DNA of 64,000 nucleotides, taken from an uncultured Chloroflexia bacterium (lineage in GTDB: Bacteria > Chloroflexota > Limnocylindria > Limnocylindrales > CSP1-4). How positions within the stretch are numbered: the stretch's first letter is position 1; every line of letters begins with the position of its first letter. The notes below the pieces were generated by a model, which was given only the letters and a program-made list of their open reading frames with translations, did not search any database and had not been told where the DNA came from. The stretch lies in the NCBI GenBank assembly GCA_963828165.1, contig CAWHDR010000002.1:22658-86657 (forward strand), read 5' to 3'. The position numbers were made by a program, and so were the translations under genes. This document shows, piece by piece, positions 28,575 through 38,648 of the stretch.

Positions 28575-30155
28575 TCAGCCGATCACGGCCTCGCCGGTGG
28601 CGGGGTCGACCTCGACGCGATCCTCGCGGCCTCGGGCCACCACGGCGTAGTACACGATGCCGGCGATCAGGATGAGCAGCACGGTGCCTTCGAAGAACGG
28701 GATATCGGGCAGCCACGAGATCGGCTGGCCACCCGAGGTGATGGCGGTGAGTGACGGATTCGTCAGGTCACGTAGGTCGCTCCCGAAGTTGCCGAAGACG
28801 GCCGGGTCGCTCCACAGCGCGAAGTTGATGATCATCAATCCACCCCAGACGAGGGCCAGGATGTTGATGATGAGACCCCATCCGCCGAGCTTGAACCATG
28901 CCCCCTCGCGCGGCCATCCACGGAGCCGCGCGAACAGCACGCCGAGGTTGCACATGAAGTACGACAGGTAGATCAGACCCGTCGCGCCGGTCGCGATGAG
29001 CCCCGGGCTGTCGGTGATGAGGAACGGGATGGCGGACAGCACTCCGACAGCCACGGCCGCGTTGGTCGGAGTCTTGAACGTCGGATTGACGGTGCCCCAC
29101 AAGGAGCCGAGCGGCATGCGCCGGTCGCGGCCCATCGAGAACATCAGTCGCACGGTGGCCCCCTGGATCGCCAGCGTGCACACGAAGACCGCGACGAGGA
29201 TGACGAACAGGTAGAGGGAACCGAAGGTGTCGCCGAGCGCCGCCTTGACGGCCGTCGAGATCGGCGATGGATCCGTGAGGGCGGCCGTCATGTCCGGCGT
29301 CGCCAGGATGATCGCGAGGAGGAAGACCGCACCGACGATGCCGGACAGCCAGATCGCGGAAAGGATCCCGCGGGGCGCCTGACGGCTGGCATCGATCGTC
29401 TCCTCGCCGAAGGTTCCGGCGGTGTCGAACCCGTAGACCACGAACAGGCTCATGAACATGGCGATCGCGAAGACCGGCAGGTAACCACCCGTTTCGGGCG
29501 TCTCGATCCCCGCTGTCGTGGTCAGGACAGACAGGTCCTGGACCCGGAAGAACAGCAGCAGGATCAGCGCGAAGACCAGCATGCCGAGGATCTCAGCCGC
29601 GACGCCGATGTTGTTGATGATCGACAGGAGACGCGCGCCGGCCCCGTTGATGAACGTCGTCACGAGGAGCGTCAGGAGCGCGTAGAACACGAGGTTGTTG
29701 AAGAACGGGATGGGGGATGCCGCCTTCAGGTCGATCCCGAAGATGCTCGAAAGGACCAGCGGGACGGTCCCGGCGACGGCGGTCACGGTGACCACCCCGG
29801 CCCAGAAGTAGAACCATCCAGTGAACCAGCCGAGCGTCCGGTTGGCGAGGCGTTTCGACCACTGGTAGATCGACCCGGCGACCGGGAAGTGGCTCGCCAG
29901 CTCGGAGAAGTTCAGGGCGACGAATGTCTGGCCCAGGATGATGATCGGCCAGGACCAGAAGAACGCGGGGCCGCCGACGCCCCACCCCAGGGCGATGAGC
30001 GTGAACGTGCCAGTCGCGACGCTGATGTAGCTGAACGCGACCGCGAAGTTGGACAAGAAACCAAGGGAACGCTGGAGCTCGGGCTTGATCCCGAGCGAGC
30101 GCAAGTGGGCATCGTCGCGGTCGGCGACGTCCTGCGGATTGACCGATCCCGCCAC
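28575..30155 (-). CDS. APC-family amino acid/amine permease
   Basis: About 12 TM; NFAVAFSYIS, ELASHFPVAGSIYQW, YGFDTA; GTG after GAGGAG. Confidence 0.9.
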   Translation of the reverse strand: MAGSVNPQDVADRDDAHLRSLGIKPELQRSLGFLSNFAVAFSYISVATGTFTLIALGWGVGGPAFFWSWPIIILGQTFVALNFSELASHFPVAGSIYQWSKRLANRTLGWFTGWFYFWAGVVTVTAVAGTVPLVLSSIFGIDLKAASPIPFFNNLVFYALLTLLVTTFINGAGARLLSIINNIGVAAEILGMLVFALILLLFFRVQDLSVLTTTAGIETPETGGYLPVFAIAMFMSLFVVYGFDTAGTFGEETIDASRQAPRGILSAIWLSGIVGAVFLLAIILATPDMTAALTDPSPISTAVKAALGDTFGSLYLFVILVAVFVCTLAIQGATVRLMFSMGRDRRMPLGSLWGTVNPTFKTPTNAAVAVGVLSAIPFLITDSPGLIATGATGLIYLSYFMCNLGVLFARLRGWPREGAWFKLGGWGLIINILALVWGGLMIINFALWSDPAVFGNFGSDLRDLTNPSLTAITSGGQPISWLPDIPFFEGTVLLILIAGIVYYAVVARGREDRVEVDPATGEAVIG

Positions 30156-30352
30156 GATCTCCTCCTCGTGCCGCCGCGCTACGGGCGCGGGGACTGACTG
30201 TGGGAGTTGACGCAAGGACGCCGGGAATGCCCGCCCTGCGCTCCCTCAAGCGGGGCGGAACTGCGAGAGGATAGCACCACGAAGCGGCCCGTCAACGACG
30301 AGTTTTCGCCGCCCGCGGGCCACCTGGGCGAGCCGACGCGACCAGGCCGCGG

Positions 30353-31453
30353 CTACGGGTCGAGGCGGTACAAGCGGAACGCGTCGTGCTCGACCGGCAG
30401 GATCGTGAAGCCACTGAACCCAGCCTCACGCGCGATCGATTCCAACGCGGCGGGCCGCAGGACCGTGCCCGTTCCGACGGACGGCTGATCGGCGAGACCG
30501 TTGGCCAGGCACGCGACCACGCTATAGCCGAAGAAGAGCCGTTCGGTCTCGTCGCCAGGGGCCGTGAAGACCTCTGCCACGCGCTCGTCGGCGATCAGGA
30601 CGGCGCCGCCCGGCTTCAGCAGCTTGCGGGCGGCCGCGAGGACCTTCGCCGGCTGCGCCATGTCGTGCACCGCCTCGAAGATCGTGACCAGGTCGTAGCG
30701 ACCCTCACCCTCGGCATCGGCGGCATCGGCGTACAGGAATGAGACGAGGTCATCGATGCCTTCGCGCCCGGCGTGCATCCGGGCGCGCTCGATGGAGTCC
30801 GCGTCGATATCGATCCCGTCCACCTTGATCCCGGGGAATGCCCGCGCGATCGAGATGGACGACCAGCCGGTCCCGCAAGCCACATCGGCGATCCGGCCAT
30901 CGCCGTCACGCAGCTTCGCCGCGATATCCGGCAGCGCGGCGATCCAGTCGCCGACGTAGTTCGCGAATTGCGGCCGATTCAGGGCCTCCTGCGCCTCGAT
31001 CACGTCGGGGCCGTAGTCGGCCCAGTCCACGCCCTCGCCCGTTCGATACGCCTCGAGCAGCGCCGGCATCGTCTGCGCGCTGCCCATGACGAACCGCGCG
31101 AGCGGGGCAACGAGCCATGGGCTCTCCGGATCGAGGAGGACCGCGGCATGGCCAACCGGCAGCGTGTAGCGGCGCGCCTCGGGATCGGCGGCGGTGTCGT
31201 CCACGTCGAGGATCGCCCCGACCGCCTGGTGCTCGAGCCACTCGCGTGCGTAGCGGGGATGGATGCCGGCCCGCTCGGCCAGCGCGGCCGGCGTCGCAGA
31301 GCCGTCCTCGGCCAGCGAGCGGTAAAGACCGAGCCGATCGCCGAGATACACGGCCTGCATGTCCAGCGCGCCCAGGGCGGCGGCCATGAGTCGGCCGGCG
31401 AGATCTTCGCGCCGAGCATCGGCAGTCGCGGCCGGCTTCCCGGTGACGGTCAT
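30353..31453 (-). CDS. SAM-dependent methyltransferase with N-terminal winged helix (Rv2258c-like)
   Basis: LGDRLGLY..RYAREWL, IADVACGTG, FEAVHDM..LKPGG. Confidence 0.88.
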   Translation of the reverse strand: MTVTGKPAATADARREDLAGRLMAAALGALDMQAVYLGDRLGLYRSLAEDGSATPAALAERAGIHPRYAREWLEHQAVGAILDVDDTAADPEARRYTLPVGHAAVLLDPESPWLVAPLARFVMGSAQTMPALLEAYRTGEGVDWADYGPDVIEAQEALNRPQFANYVGDWIAALPDIAAKLRDGDGRIADVACGTGWSSISIARAFPGIKVDGIDIDADSIERARMHAGREGIDDLVSFLYADAADAEGEGRYDLVTIFEAVHDMAQPAKVLAAARKLLKPGGAVLIADERVAEVFTAPGDETERLFFGYSVVACLANGLADQPSVGTGTVLRPAALESIAREAGFSGFTILPVEHDAFRLYRLDP

Positions 31454-31502
31454 GGAACGCCCTCCAGTCCGGTGGTTCGCTTCGTGGACGTCCGCGCGCG
31501 GG

Positions 31503-32912
31503 TTAGCCGGCTGCGACGGCCTCGCGTAGCGCATCGGGGATCGGTCGATGGACTTCGACCGGTCGAATGTAGGCGGTGATCATCTCGCGCGTGCCGTTCA
31601 CCCCGAGCTCCGTGAACAGGAACGACAGCTTGCGGCGCTGGGTGGCCAGGATCTCGTCCTTGGTCGCGAGATCCCAAAGCTCGCGCTTGAACGGCCCGAT
31701 CGCCTTCTTGCGCGTGGTGTAGATGAACTGCTCGTCGGTCTGATCGGGCTTGCGCTCGTCAGCGGCGTTCGCGGGGCACCAGGCCTCGATCTCTCGACGG
31801 AGGTCGTCCGGGAACGCGGGGTGGTCGTAGAGCGTGTTCTGGAAGCCGGTCGCGAGATGGATCTCGGCAGTCTCGACCGCGGGGAACTGGTGGAACAGCT
31901 CGTCCGGCAGGGTCGACGCACCGTGCTGGACGGCTCCGGACGCCCCGTACTCGCGCCGGGCGATGTCACCGAGATCGCGCAGGACGTCGAAATCGAGCTT
32001 GACCTCCGCGACCCCGCCGTCGGGGAGTGGCACGCCGCCGTGGCTCGTGCCGGTCTGGACGCTGACCTTGCTGACGCCGATCGCGCCTGGCATGCGCGCA
32101 TCCAGCTCGCGCCGGTAGCCATCGAGGTACGCGCGCAACTCCTCGGCATTCGAATTCTGCGACCCGACCTCGCCGATCTCGCCACCGACGCTGACGGTGA
32201 CCCCGTCGGTCTCGAGTGTCCGGATGAGCGCGGTCAGCTCGGCGGCACGCGTGTAGTTCTCACGCTGCTGCTCGTCTACCGTCGGCTTCGAGAGGTCCAC
32301 GAGCGTCGAGGAATCGATGTCGATGTTGCGATAGCCGGCGTCGATCGCCAGTCGGCAGGCCCGCCGGATCTCCTCGGTCATCGCCTCGGGGTCGGCGGCG
32401 TACTTCTTGGCGTTGAACTGGTAGTGGTCGCCCTGGATGAACACCGGAGCGCGCCAGCCGGCCGCGATCGCCCCGGCCAGGACCGAGGTCGCGAAGTCGA
32501 TCGGTCGCTGGTACGTGTAGGTCTGCTCGCTGCGCGCGATCTCGAAGATCACGGCACCGACCTCGGCGCTCGCGGCCGCCTCGAACGCCGTGCGCGCCAT
32601 GTCGAACGTCTGGGCGCGCAGGTTGATCGCCGGCACCGTGAAGCCCGACACCTCACCGCGGCTGCGAGCCGTGTACAGGTCCTGGATGCTCGCGCTGTGC
32701 GCTCTGAGCGCCTGACTCGCCTCCCAGACGATCCACTGGGCGGCGGCCGTCGTGGCTTCGTCCGTCGAGAATGCCGCGGTCCAGGCCAGGTCGCGGATCG
32801 CGGTCGATCGGAAGGCCGTCTCGTCATCGATGACGAGCACGTCGCCGTCGAGGTGCGCGGCGGTGCGAATGGTCGAAAGCAGGTCGGCGGTCGAGGTCGC
32901 GACGTGGGACAT
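31503..32912 (-). CDS. Class II fructose-bisphosphate aldolase-family protein (long form)
   Basis: FTVPAIN, QGDH, DIDSS, GGEIGEVG, GTSHGG, VQHGAS. Confidence 0.8.
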   Translation of the reverse strand: MSHVATSTADLLSTIRTAAHLDGDVLVIDDETAFRSTAIRDLAWTAAFSTDEATTAAAQWIVWEASQALRAHSASIQDLYTARSRGEVSGFTVPAINLRAQTFDMARTAFEAAASAEVGAVIFEIARSEQTYTYQRPIDFATSVLAGAIAAGWRAPVFIQGDHYQFNAKKYAADPEAMTEEIRRACRLAIDAGYRNIDIDSSTLVDLSKPTVDEQQRENYTRAAELTALIRTLETDGVTVSVGGEIGEVGSQNSNAEELRAYLDGYRRELDARMPGAIGVSKVSVQTGTSHGGVPLPDGGVAEVKLDFDVLRDLGDIARREYGASGAVQHGASTLPDELFHQFPAVETAEIHLATGFQNTLYDHPAFPDDLRREIEAWCPANAADERKPDQTDEQFIYTTRKKAIGPFKRELWDLATKDEILATQRRKLSFLFTELGVNGTREMITAYIRPVEVHRPIPDALREAVAAG

Positions 32913-33187
32913 CGGCGGGGCGTCTCCTTGGCAGGCGTTCCCCGTCATGGTACGGCGCGACCGGCGGGCAGTGCCGCCGGCCGCGCCGTTGGGCGGTCCC
33001 GCCGCGTGCTGCCGTTGGCCATTCCGTCGAGTGCGCTGTTAATCGGCTCCGCCGGGCGATTCGACGCGCTTCCTGCCAGATCGTCACTCAGTGACGCTCA
33101 GACCATCGACGCTCGCCGCAGCGCGACATGGAAGTTCGTCAACGCGGACCGGCCATGCGCCCCGCCGGGACGCCTTTCCTGCCAAAT

Positions 33188-33360
33188 GTGCACCACCTGC
33201 ACCCTCGGCGCGGTCGGTCGGGGGTACGGGTCAGTTGGAGACACGATCTCGAGACCCGACGGCGCGATCCGTGCAGGGATCTGGCCGCAAGACAGCTCGG
33301 AGCCATCGATCTGCGGGAGCTCAGATGACCAAGGTTCTCCTAACGTGCATCCCCTGCACC
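33188..33360. repeat. Imperfect 16-bp direct repeat pair in an intergenic region
   Basis: GTGCACCACCTGCACC (33188-33203) and GTGCATCCCCTGCACC (33345-33360), 14/16 identical. Confidence 0.35.
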
Positions 33361-33417
33361 TTTGTCATGTTCCTGAGGTCGTGGGCCACGCCACGCGCGG
33401 GCGACGCCACGGCCGGG

Positions 33418-33906
33418 TCAGATCGTCGGCTTCACGACCATGAGGAAGATGATGATCACGAGCAGGACGCCCAGCATCATGCCGCCGCGCTGGATCTTGC
33501 CGACGAGCTCGACCAGCTCCGGTGGCGGACCGGTCGCCCCGGGTGGGGGTGGAGCCGACGAGAGCTCGATGACCCGCTCGACGTACTTGCGCTGGACGAT
33601 GAACGAATAGCCGTAGGCGATGAGGTACAGGACGATCGCCACGGCGAGCCACCAATAGGCGCGCTCGAACGGATTGATCCCACGAACGGCCATCATCGCG
33701 AGCCCCGTGATCGGCAGCGTGAGACCGATCGGGTACACGAGCTTCGACGAGATCGTGTGCGACACCCGCGTCGCGAAGTTCGCATGTTGCGGTTCCGCGC
33801 CACCCGCGGCGCCGATGAACGAGAACGCGAATGTCGGACCGAATGCCACGACCGCGCCAAGCACGTGCAGGAACAGCAAGAACGGGAACGTCCAGCTCAG
33901 ATCCAC
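33418..33906 (-). CDS. DUF2269-family membrane protein
   Basis: LFLHVLGAVVAFGP, four TM, C-terminal LMVVKP. Confidence 0.8.
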   Translation of the reverse strand: MDLSWTFPFLLFLHVLGAVVAFGPTFAFSFIGAAGGAEPQHANFATRVSHTISSKLVYPIGLTLPITGLAMMAVRGINPFERAYWWLAVAIVLYLIAYGYSFIVQRKYVERVIELSSAPPPPGATGPPPELVELVGKIQRGGMMLGVLLVIIIFLMVVKPTI

Positions 33907-33961
33907 GGCACCCTCACTCGCCCGGGTCGGCCGGTCGGCCGGCGTCCAGCGAGGATAGCCC

Positions 33962-36166
33962 CTAGGACACCCGCTTGGAGCGCCGTCCGACGAAGTCCAC
34001 GAGCACGTACTCGCCGAGCCGTTCCGGCGTCGCGTAGAACGCCCGCCCACGGTTGAGCTTGGTCATGTGGGCCACGAACTCGGCCAGGGCGCGGGACCGC
34101 TCGAGCATGAACGTGTTGATCGTGATGCCCTCCTTCGTGCAGCGCTGCACCTCGCGGAGGGTCTCGCTGATCGTCCGTCGCGTCGGCGGGTAGCTGAACT
34201 CGACCTGGCCGTCCTCGAAATGGGCGGTCGGCTCGCCGTCGGTGATGACCACGATCTCCTTGTTCGCCGATGCCTCCCGAGCGAGGATCCGGCGGGCCAG
34301 CAACAGGCCGTGCTGGAGGTTCGTGCCGTACTCGTAGCCGTGCCACGAGAGCTCCGCGAGGGCGCCGGGCCGGATCTCGCGGGCGTAATACGCAAATCCG
34401 ATCACGGTCAGGTGGTCACGCGGGTACTGCGTGCGGATCAGCGTGTCGAGCGCGACCGCGACCTTCTTGGCCGCCAGGAAGCAGCCGCGCAGGAGCATCG
34501 AGCGGCTCATATCCACCAGGAGCACGGTCGCCGTCCGGGTCAGCTGCTCGGTCCGGTAGACCTCGAAGTCGGCGGCGGTCAGACGCACTCCGCGGCCGCC
34601 ACGGCGAACCGGCGCGTTCTCCTCGCGAGCGAGCGCATTGCCGAGCGTCCCCCGCAGGTCCAGGTGGAATGGGTCGCCGAACTCGAACGGCTTCGTGGTC
34701 TCCTCGCGCTCGCCACCTCGCCCACCACGATCCAGCCGATGGCCCCCGAACGCATCGCGCTCCAGCCGGGCGAACAGGTCGTCGAGCACCTTCTGGCCGA
34801 TCTTCCGGCTGCCGCGGGGGGTGAGCTCGAGATGCTCCCCGTCGCGGGTCAGGTACCCAGCTTCCTCGAGCCGACGCGCGAGGTCATCGAGCACGTCGAG
34901 ATCGCGGACCGCATCGTCACCCAGGAGCTCCCGGACCTGGTCGCGATCGATGTCGGCGAGGTCGCCAGGAGCCTCGACGTCGGTGAGCGCGTCCTCCAGC
35001 CGTTCCATCGCCTGAAGCCGTGCGATCTGCGCGAGCGCTCCATCGAGCGTGAGGGACTCGTCACCATCGAAGCGCACGCGGTCGCCGAGCCCGCCCGGCA
35101 TCAGCATGTCCAGGTTCGAGGCGAGCTCGGCGAGGTCCAGCAGGAGTCGGTCGTCGCGCAGGAGCGCCTCCATCATCGACTCGAGCTCGGCGCGCTGCTC
35201 CGGGCTCATCGAGCGCATGAGCGACTGCATCGCTGCCATCCGCTGCGCGAGCTGGTCGATGATGTCGTCGAAGCTCTGGGCGCCCGGGAAGAACCGGCCG
35301 TGCTTGGCGAGGAAGTCGCGCACGTCCGGGTCGCCGCCACCGATCCGCTCGCGGATGAGCTCGTTGAGGTCGCGGACCATCTCGCGATTCGCGGCGAGGT
35401 CCTCGGGCGTCATGGACCGGATGGCATCGCTCATCCCGCCGACGAACTGGTCCAGGACCTGCTTGCCGAGCCGCTCCACGAGCTCGTCGAAGCGGGCACG
35501 AGCGTCGGGCTCCAGGAAGTCGTATTCGCGCAGGTCGCGGATCCGCCCGCCGACGTCGCGCGGCAGGGCGTCCAGCTGATCGAGCCGCTTGGCGGCCACG
35601 TCGCGAAGCAGCTTCCGGAGGTCGGGGTCGGGGGCATCCGCGGGGCCATCGGCCGTCTCGTCGCCGGAGGCGTCGGGCGCGGGCGCATCGGGCTCGGTCG
35701 CGGGCGATGGGGCGGATGACTCCGGCGGGGCCGCACTCGAGCGCTCCAGCCGGCGTTCGACCCCGGCCCGCTCCTGCGCGACGATCTCGTCCAGCTCTCG
35801 CCGGATGTCGCCGAGGACATCCCCGAGCTCGAACCGCTCGCGCAGCTCCTCGCGGCGACGGGCCAGTCGATCCATGAGGTCCTGGAGGCCGGGCAGATCG
35901 GGCCGCGTCGGGTCGCCGCTGCGCCAGCCACGCTCCATCAGCCGGCGCAGTGCCTCGGCGAGATCGCCGTCGGCCATGACGTCGTTCGAGAGCTCATCGA
36001 GGATCTCGTCGGCGCCGAGATCGGGTACCTGCTGGCTCCCGTCCCAGCGCGAATAGCGGGCGCGCCGGGCGAGCGCGGCCAGGATGTCGTCCTCGGCCGC
36101 GCCCGGGGCTCGCGCCGGCGGAACCCGCCCGTCGAGATCGCGCGGATCCGGGGTGTAGGAGGTCAC
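33962..36166 (-). CDS. VWA-domain protein (Rv0959-like)
   Basis: RYSRWDGSQ, MIDAS DMSRSM, GTNLQHGL, ITDGEP. Confidence 0.88.
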   Translation of the reverse strand: MTSYTPDPRDLDGRVPPARAPGAAEDDILAALARRARYSRWDGSQQVPDLGADEILDELSNDVMADGDLAEALRRLMERGWRSGDPTRPDLPGLQDLMDRLARRREELRERFELGDVLGDIRRELDEIVAQERAGVERRLERSSAAPPESSAPSPATEPDAPAPDASGDETADGPADAPDPDLRKLLRDVAAKRLDQLDALPRDVGGRIRDLREYDFLEPDARARFDELVERLGKQVLDQFVGGMSDAIRSMTPEDLAANREMVRDLNELIRERIGGGDPDVRDFLAKHGRFFPGAQSFDDIIDQLAQRMAAMQSLMRSMSPEQRAELESMMEALLRDDRLLLDLAELASNLDMLMPGGLGDRVRFDGDESLTLDGALAQIARLQAMERLEDALTDVEAPGDLADIDRDQVRELLGDDAVRDLDVLDDLARRLEEAGYLTRDGEHLELTPRGSRKIGQKVLDDLFARLERDAFGGHRLDRGGRGGEREETTKPFEFGDPFHLDLRGTLGNALAREENAPVRRGGRGVRLTAADFEVYRTEQLTRTATVLLVDMSRSMLLRGCFLAAKKVAVALDTLIRTQYPRDHLTVIGFAYYAREIRPGALAELSWHGYEYGTNLQHGLLLARRILAREASANKEIVVITDGEPTAHFEDGQVEFSYPPTRRTISETLREVQRCTKEGITINTFMLERSRALAEFVAHMTKLNRGRAFYATPERLGEYVLVDFVGRRSKRVS

Positions 36167-37593
36167 CGGTGGTAGACCGTCCCTCCTGGCACGCGCTCCT
36201 TGTTGATCCGTCGGGCAAGGTGGAGACCCTCGAGCAGGAACTCCACCGCCGATGCGACGACGGCCGGCTCCTCGGCCCCGTCCGTCACGTCGAACGTGCC
36301 CAGATCGCGGACGGCGTCGCGCAGGCCCGGCACTTCGCGCGCCCAGGCCACATATTCGCGCGATGGCGTGCGCTCGCCGGTCTCGACCGTGAAGCCGTCC
36401 TCGAAGGCGTCGACGACCGGATCGAGGTCGTCGAGCGTGACCCGACGGGTGAACGTGGCGTACAGCGCCTTCGTGATCAGCCGCTCGACGATGCGCTCCT
36501 CGGGCGACTCATCGCCGATGGACTCGAGCTCCACCTTGCCGACGGTCGAGGCGACGACCGCTCCCAGATCCGAGACGCGGGGTGCGGCCAACGACTCCCC
36601 GAGCCGGATCGCGCGTTTCAGCGCCGTCGCCTCGAGCACCTCCATGTTCGCCACGGAGACGCGGACCGACACGCCCGACCGCTGGCTGATCTCCGGGGAG
36701 CGGCGCGCGAGGTGCGTCAGCTCGGCGACCGCCTCCTCCATGAATGGCGGCACGACCACGACCGGCGAGCCCTCGGCCACGGCGAATCGGTGCTTCTCCT
36801 GGCGGACGATCGACATCTCGTCGTCCAGCGTGAGTGGATAGTGCGTCCGGATCTGCGAACCCAGGCGGTCCTTGAGCGGGGTGATGATCCGGCCACGCGA
36901 CGTGTAGTCCTCGGGGTTCGCCGAGGCGACCACGTACAGGTCCAGCGGCAGGCGGACGGTGAACCCGCGGATCTGGACGTCGCGTTCTTCCAGCACGTTG
37001 AGCAGCCCCACCTGGATCCGCTCGGCCAGGTCGGGCAGCTCGTTGATCGCCACGATGCCGCGGTTCGCGCGTGGGATCAGCCCGTAGTGGAGGGTCAGCT
37101 CGTCGGAGAGGTAGCGGCCCTCCGCGACCTTGATCGGGTCCACCTCCCCGATGAGATCGGCGATCGTGATATCCGGCGTCGCGAGCTTCTCGGCGTAGCG
37201 ACGGTCGCGTGGGAGCCAGTCGACCGCGGTCTCATCTCCGTCGCGTTCCACGATGGCCTTGGCGGCCGGGCTGACCGGCGCATACGGGTCGTCGTTGAGC
37301 TCACCGCCGCGAACGATCGGGATCCACTCGTCCAGGAGGCCGACCAGCAGGCGTGCCATCCGGGTCTTCGCCTGGCCACGTTCGCCAAGGAACACGATGT
37401 CGTGTCCCGCCAGGATCGCATTCTCGATCGCGGGCAGCACTGTCTCCTCGAACCCGACGACCGTCGGAAGCACCTCGGCCCCGGTCTCCAGGCGATCGAG
37501 CAGGTTCGACCGAAGCTCTTCCTTGACGGTCCGGGAGCGCCAGCCGGCGGCCCGCAGTTCGGCGGTGGTGGCGGGACGGGCGGGGGTCGGCAT
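36163..37593 (-). CDS. Mg-chelatase-like AAA+ ATPase (Rv0958-like)
   Basis: GERGQAKTR, NELPDL, ANPEDYTSRGRIITPLKDR; coupled to the VWA gene. Confidence 0.88.
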   Translation of the reverse strand: MPTPARPATTAELRAAGWRSRTVKEELRSNLLDRLETGAEVLPTVVGFEETVLPAIENAILAGHDIVFLGERGQAKTRMARLLVGLLDEWIPIVRGGELNDDPYAPVSPAAKAIVERDGDETAVDWLPRDRRYAEKLATPDITIADLIGEVDPIKVAEGRYLSDELTLHYGLIPRANRGIVAINELPDLAERIQVGLLNVLEERDVQIRGFTVRLPLDLYVVASANPEDYTSRGRIITPLKDRLGSQIRTHYPLTLDDEMSIVRQEKHRFAVAEGSPVVVVPPFMEEAVAELTHLARRSPEISQRSGVSVRVSVANMEVLEATALKRAIRLGESLAAPRVSDLGAVVASTVGKVELESIGDESPEERIVERLITKALYATFTRRVTLDDLDPVVDAFEDGFTVETGERTPSREYVAWAREVPGLRDAVRDLGTFDVTDGAEEPAVVASAVEFLLEGLHLARRINKERVPGGTVYHR

Positions 37594-37602
37594 GCGGTGA
37601 CC

Positions 37603-38592
37603 TCAGTTCGCGATGGGCGTGGCGCCGGCGGCGCTGGTCGTGCTTCGGTAGCCGTCGATCGCGGCGCGCACGGCGTCGACAGCGACGATGCCGGCCTCAG
37701 CCAGGCCGGCGAGGTAGTCGCGACGGCGATCGACCTCGAGCTCGAAGTCGCCGGCCTTGCGCCCGACGCGCAGCGCAAGCTCGGGAGTGACGCCCCAGCC
37801 GAAGTGCTCGAACCGATCCTGATCCGGGTCCCACGTCGCGAGGACGGCGGGGCCGAGTCGCTGGACATGGCCGTGCTCGTCGCGCGACGTCGGTCGCACG
37901 TAGTGCGCGGCGATGACCCGACGAACGCCCTCGCGGATGGACCGCAGGATCAGCACGATCCCGAGCCGCGACAGCTCGTCGTCGCTGAGCTCCACCGGCG
38001 GATGGCGAAGGGCGTCGAAGACCTCATCGAGTGAGTCGGCGTGGATCGTGGCGGCCAGGCCATAGCCGATGGTCACGGCCCGGATCGCGATGCGCGCCTC
38101 CTCGCCCCAGGTGTACGACGGGAGGTGATCGGAGAACTCGGGCACGACGAGCACCGTGTCGTCGGGGCGGATCGGTGGGGTCGGGGTGTGGGCCGGCTGG
38201 TCTCCGCCGCGCGGCCGCCGCCAACCCAGCTCGGTGGCTTGCGGCAGCCAGTCGAAGGTCTCGGTCGCGCCCTGGAGCTCGACCGTCCGGCTGCCCCGCG
38301 GCAGGAAGTCGAGGAGGGCGTCGAGGAGCGTGGATTTGCCGACCTGCCGGGCCTCCGCGGCCACGATGACCGGGACGCGGCCCTCGATGAGGACCCACAG
38401 CGTCGCCGCCAGCTCCGCATCGAGCGTGCCGGCACGCAGCAGTTCCACGATGGAACGCGGCGTCGGTGGCACGTGCCGGACGGCCCACCGGCCCCGCGCT
38501 GGCGAGGTGTCGGCCAAGGGGATCTCCGAACGCTCCAATGGTGGTTCCCCGTTCGGGGCGGCCAGCGTACGGCCGACCCCCTGGAGCGTCAA
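37603..38592 (-). CDS. P-loop NTPase resembling the C-terminal domain of type II/IV secretion ATPases; start uncertain
   Basis: SIVELLRAGTLDAELAATLW..AEARQVGKSTLLDALLDFLP, ATIHADS (His-box-like). Confidence 0.65.
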   Translation of the reverse strand: MTLQGVGRTLAAPNGEPPLERSEIPLADTSPARGRWAVRHVPPTPRSIVELLRAGTLDAELAATLWVLIEGRVPVIVAAEARQVGKSTLLDALLDFLPRGSRTVELQGATETFDWLPQATELGWRRPRGGDQPAHTPTPPIRPDDTVLVVPEFSDHLPSYTWGEEARIAIRAVTIGYGLAATIHADSLDEVFDALRHPPVELSDDELSRLGIVLILRSIREGVRRVIAAHYVRPTSRDEHGHVQRLGPAVLATWDPDQDRFEHFGWGVTPELALRVGRKAGDFELEVDRRRDYLAGLAEAGIVAVDAVRAAIDGYRSTTSAAGATPIAN

Positions 38593-38648
38593 ACGCCGCT
38601 CCGATACCTGCCGATCCGCGGCGTCATCGGTCGCCTACCATCGGGGAC

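Noticed and set aside
30156-30300. Hairpins in the APC permease leader as a possible guanidine or other riboswitch
   Set aside because: No match to ykkC or mini-ykkC consensus; GC-rich hairpins are expected by chance
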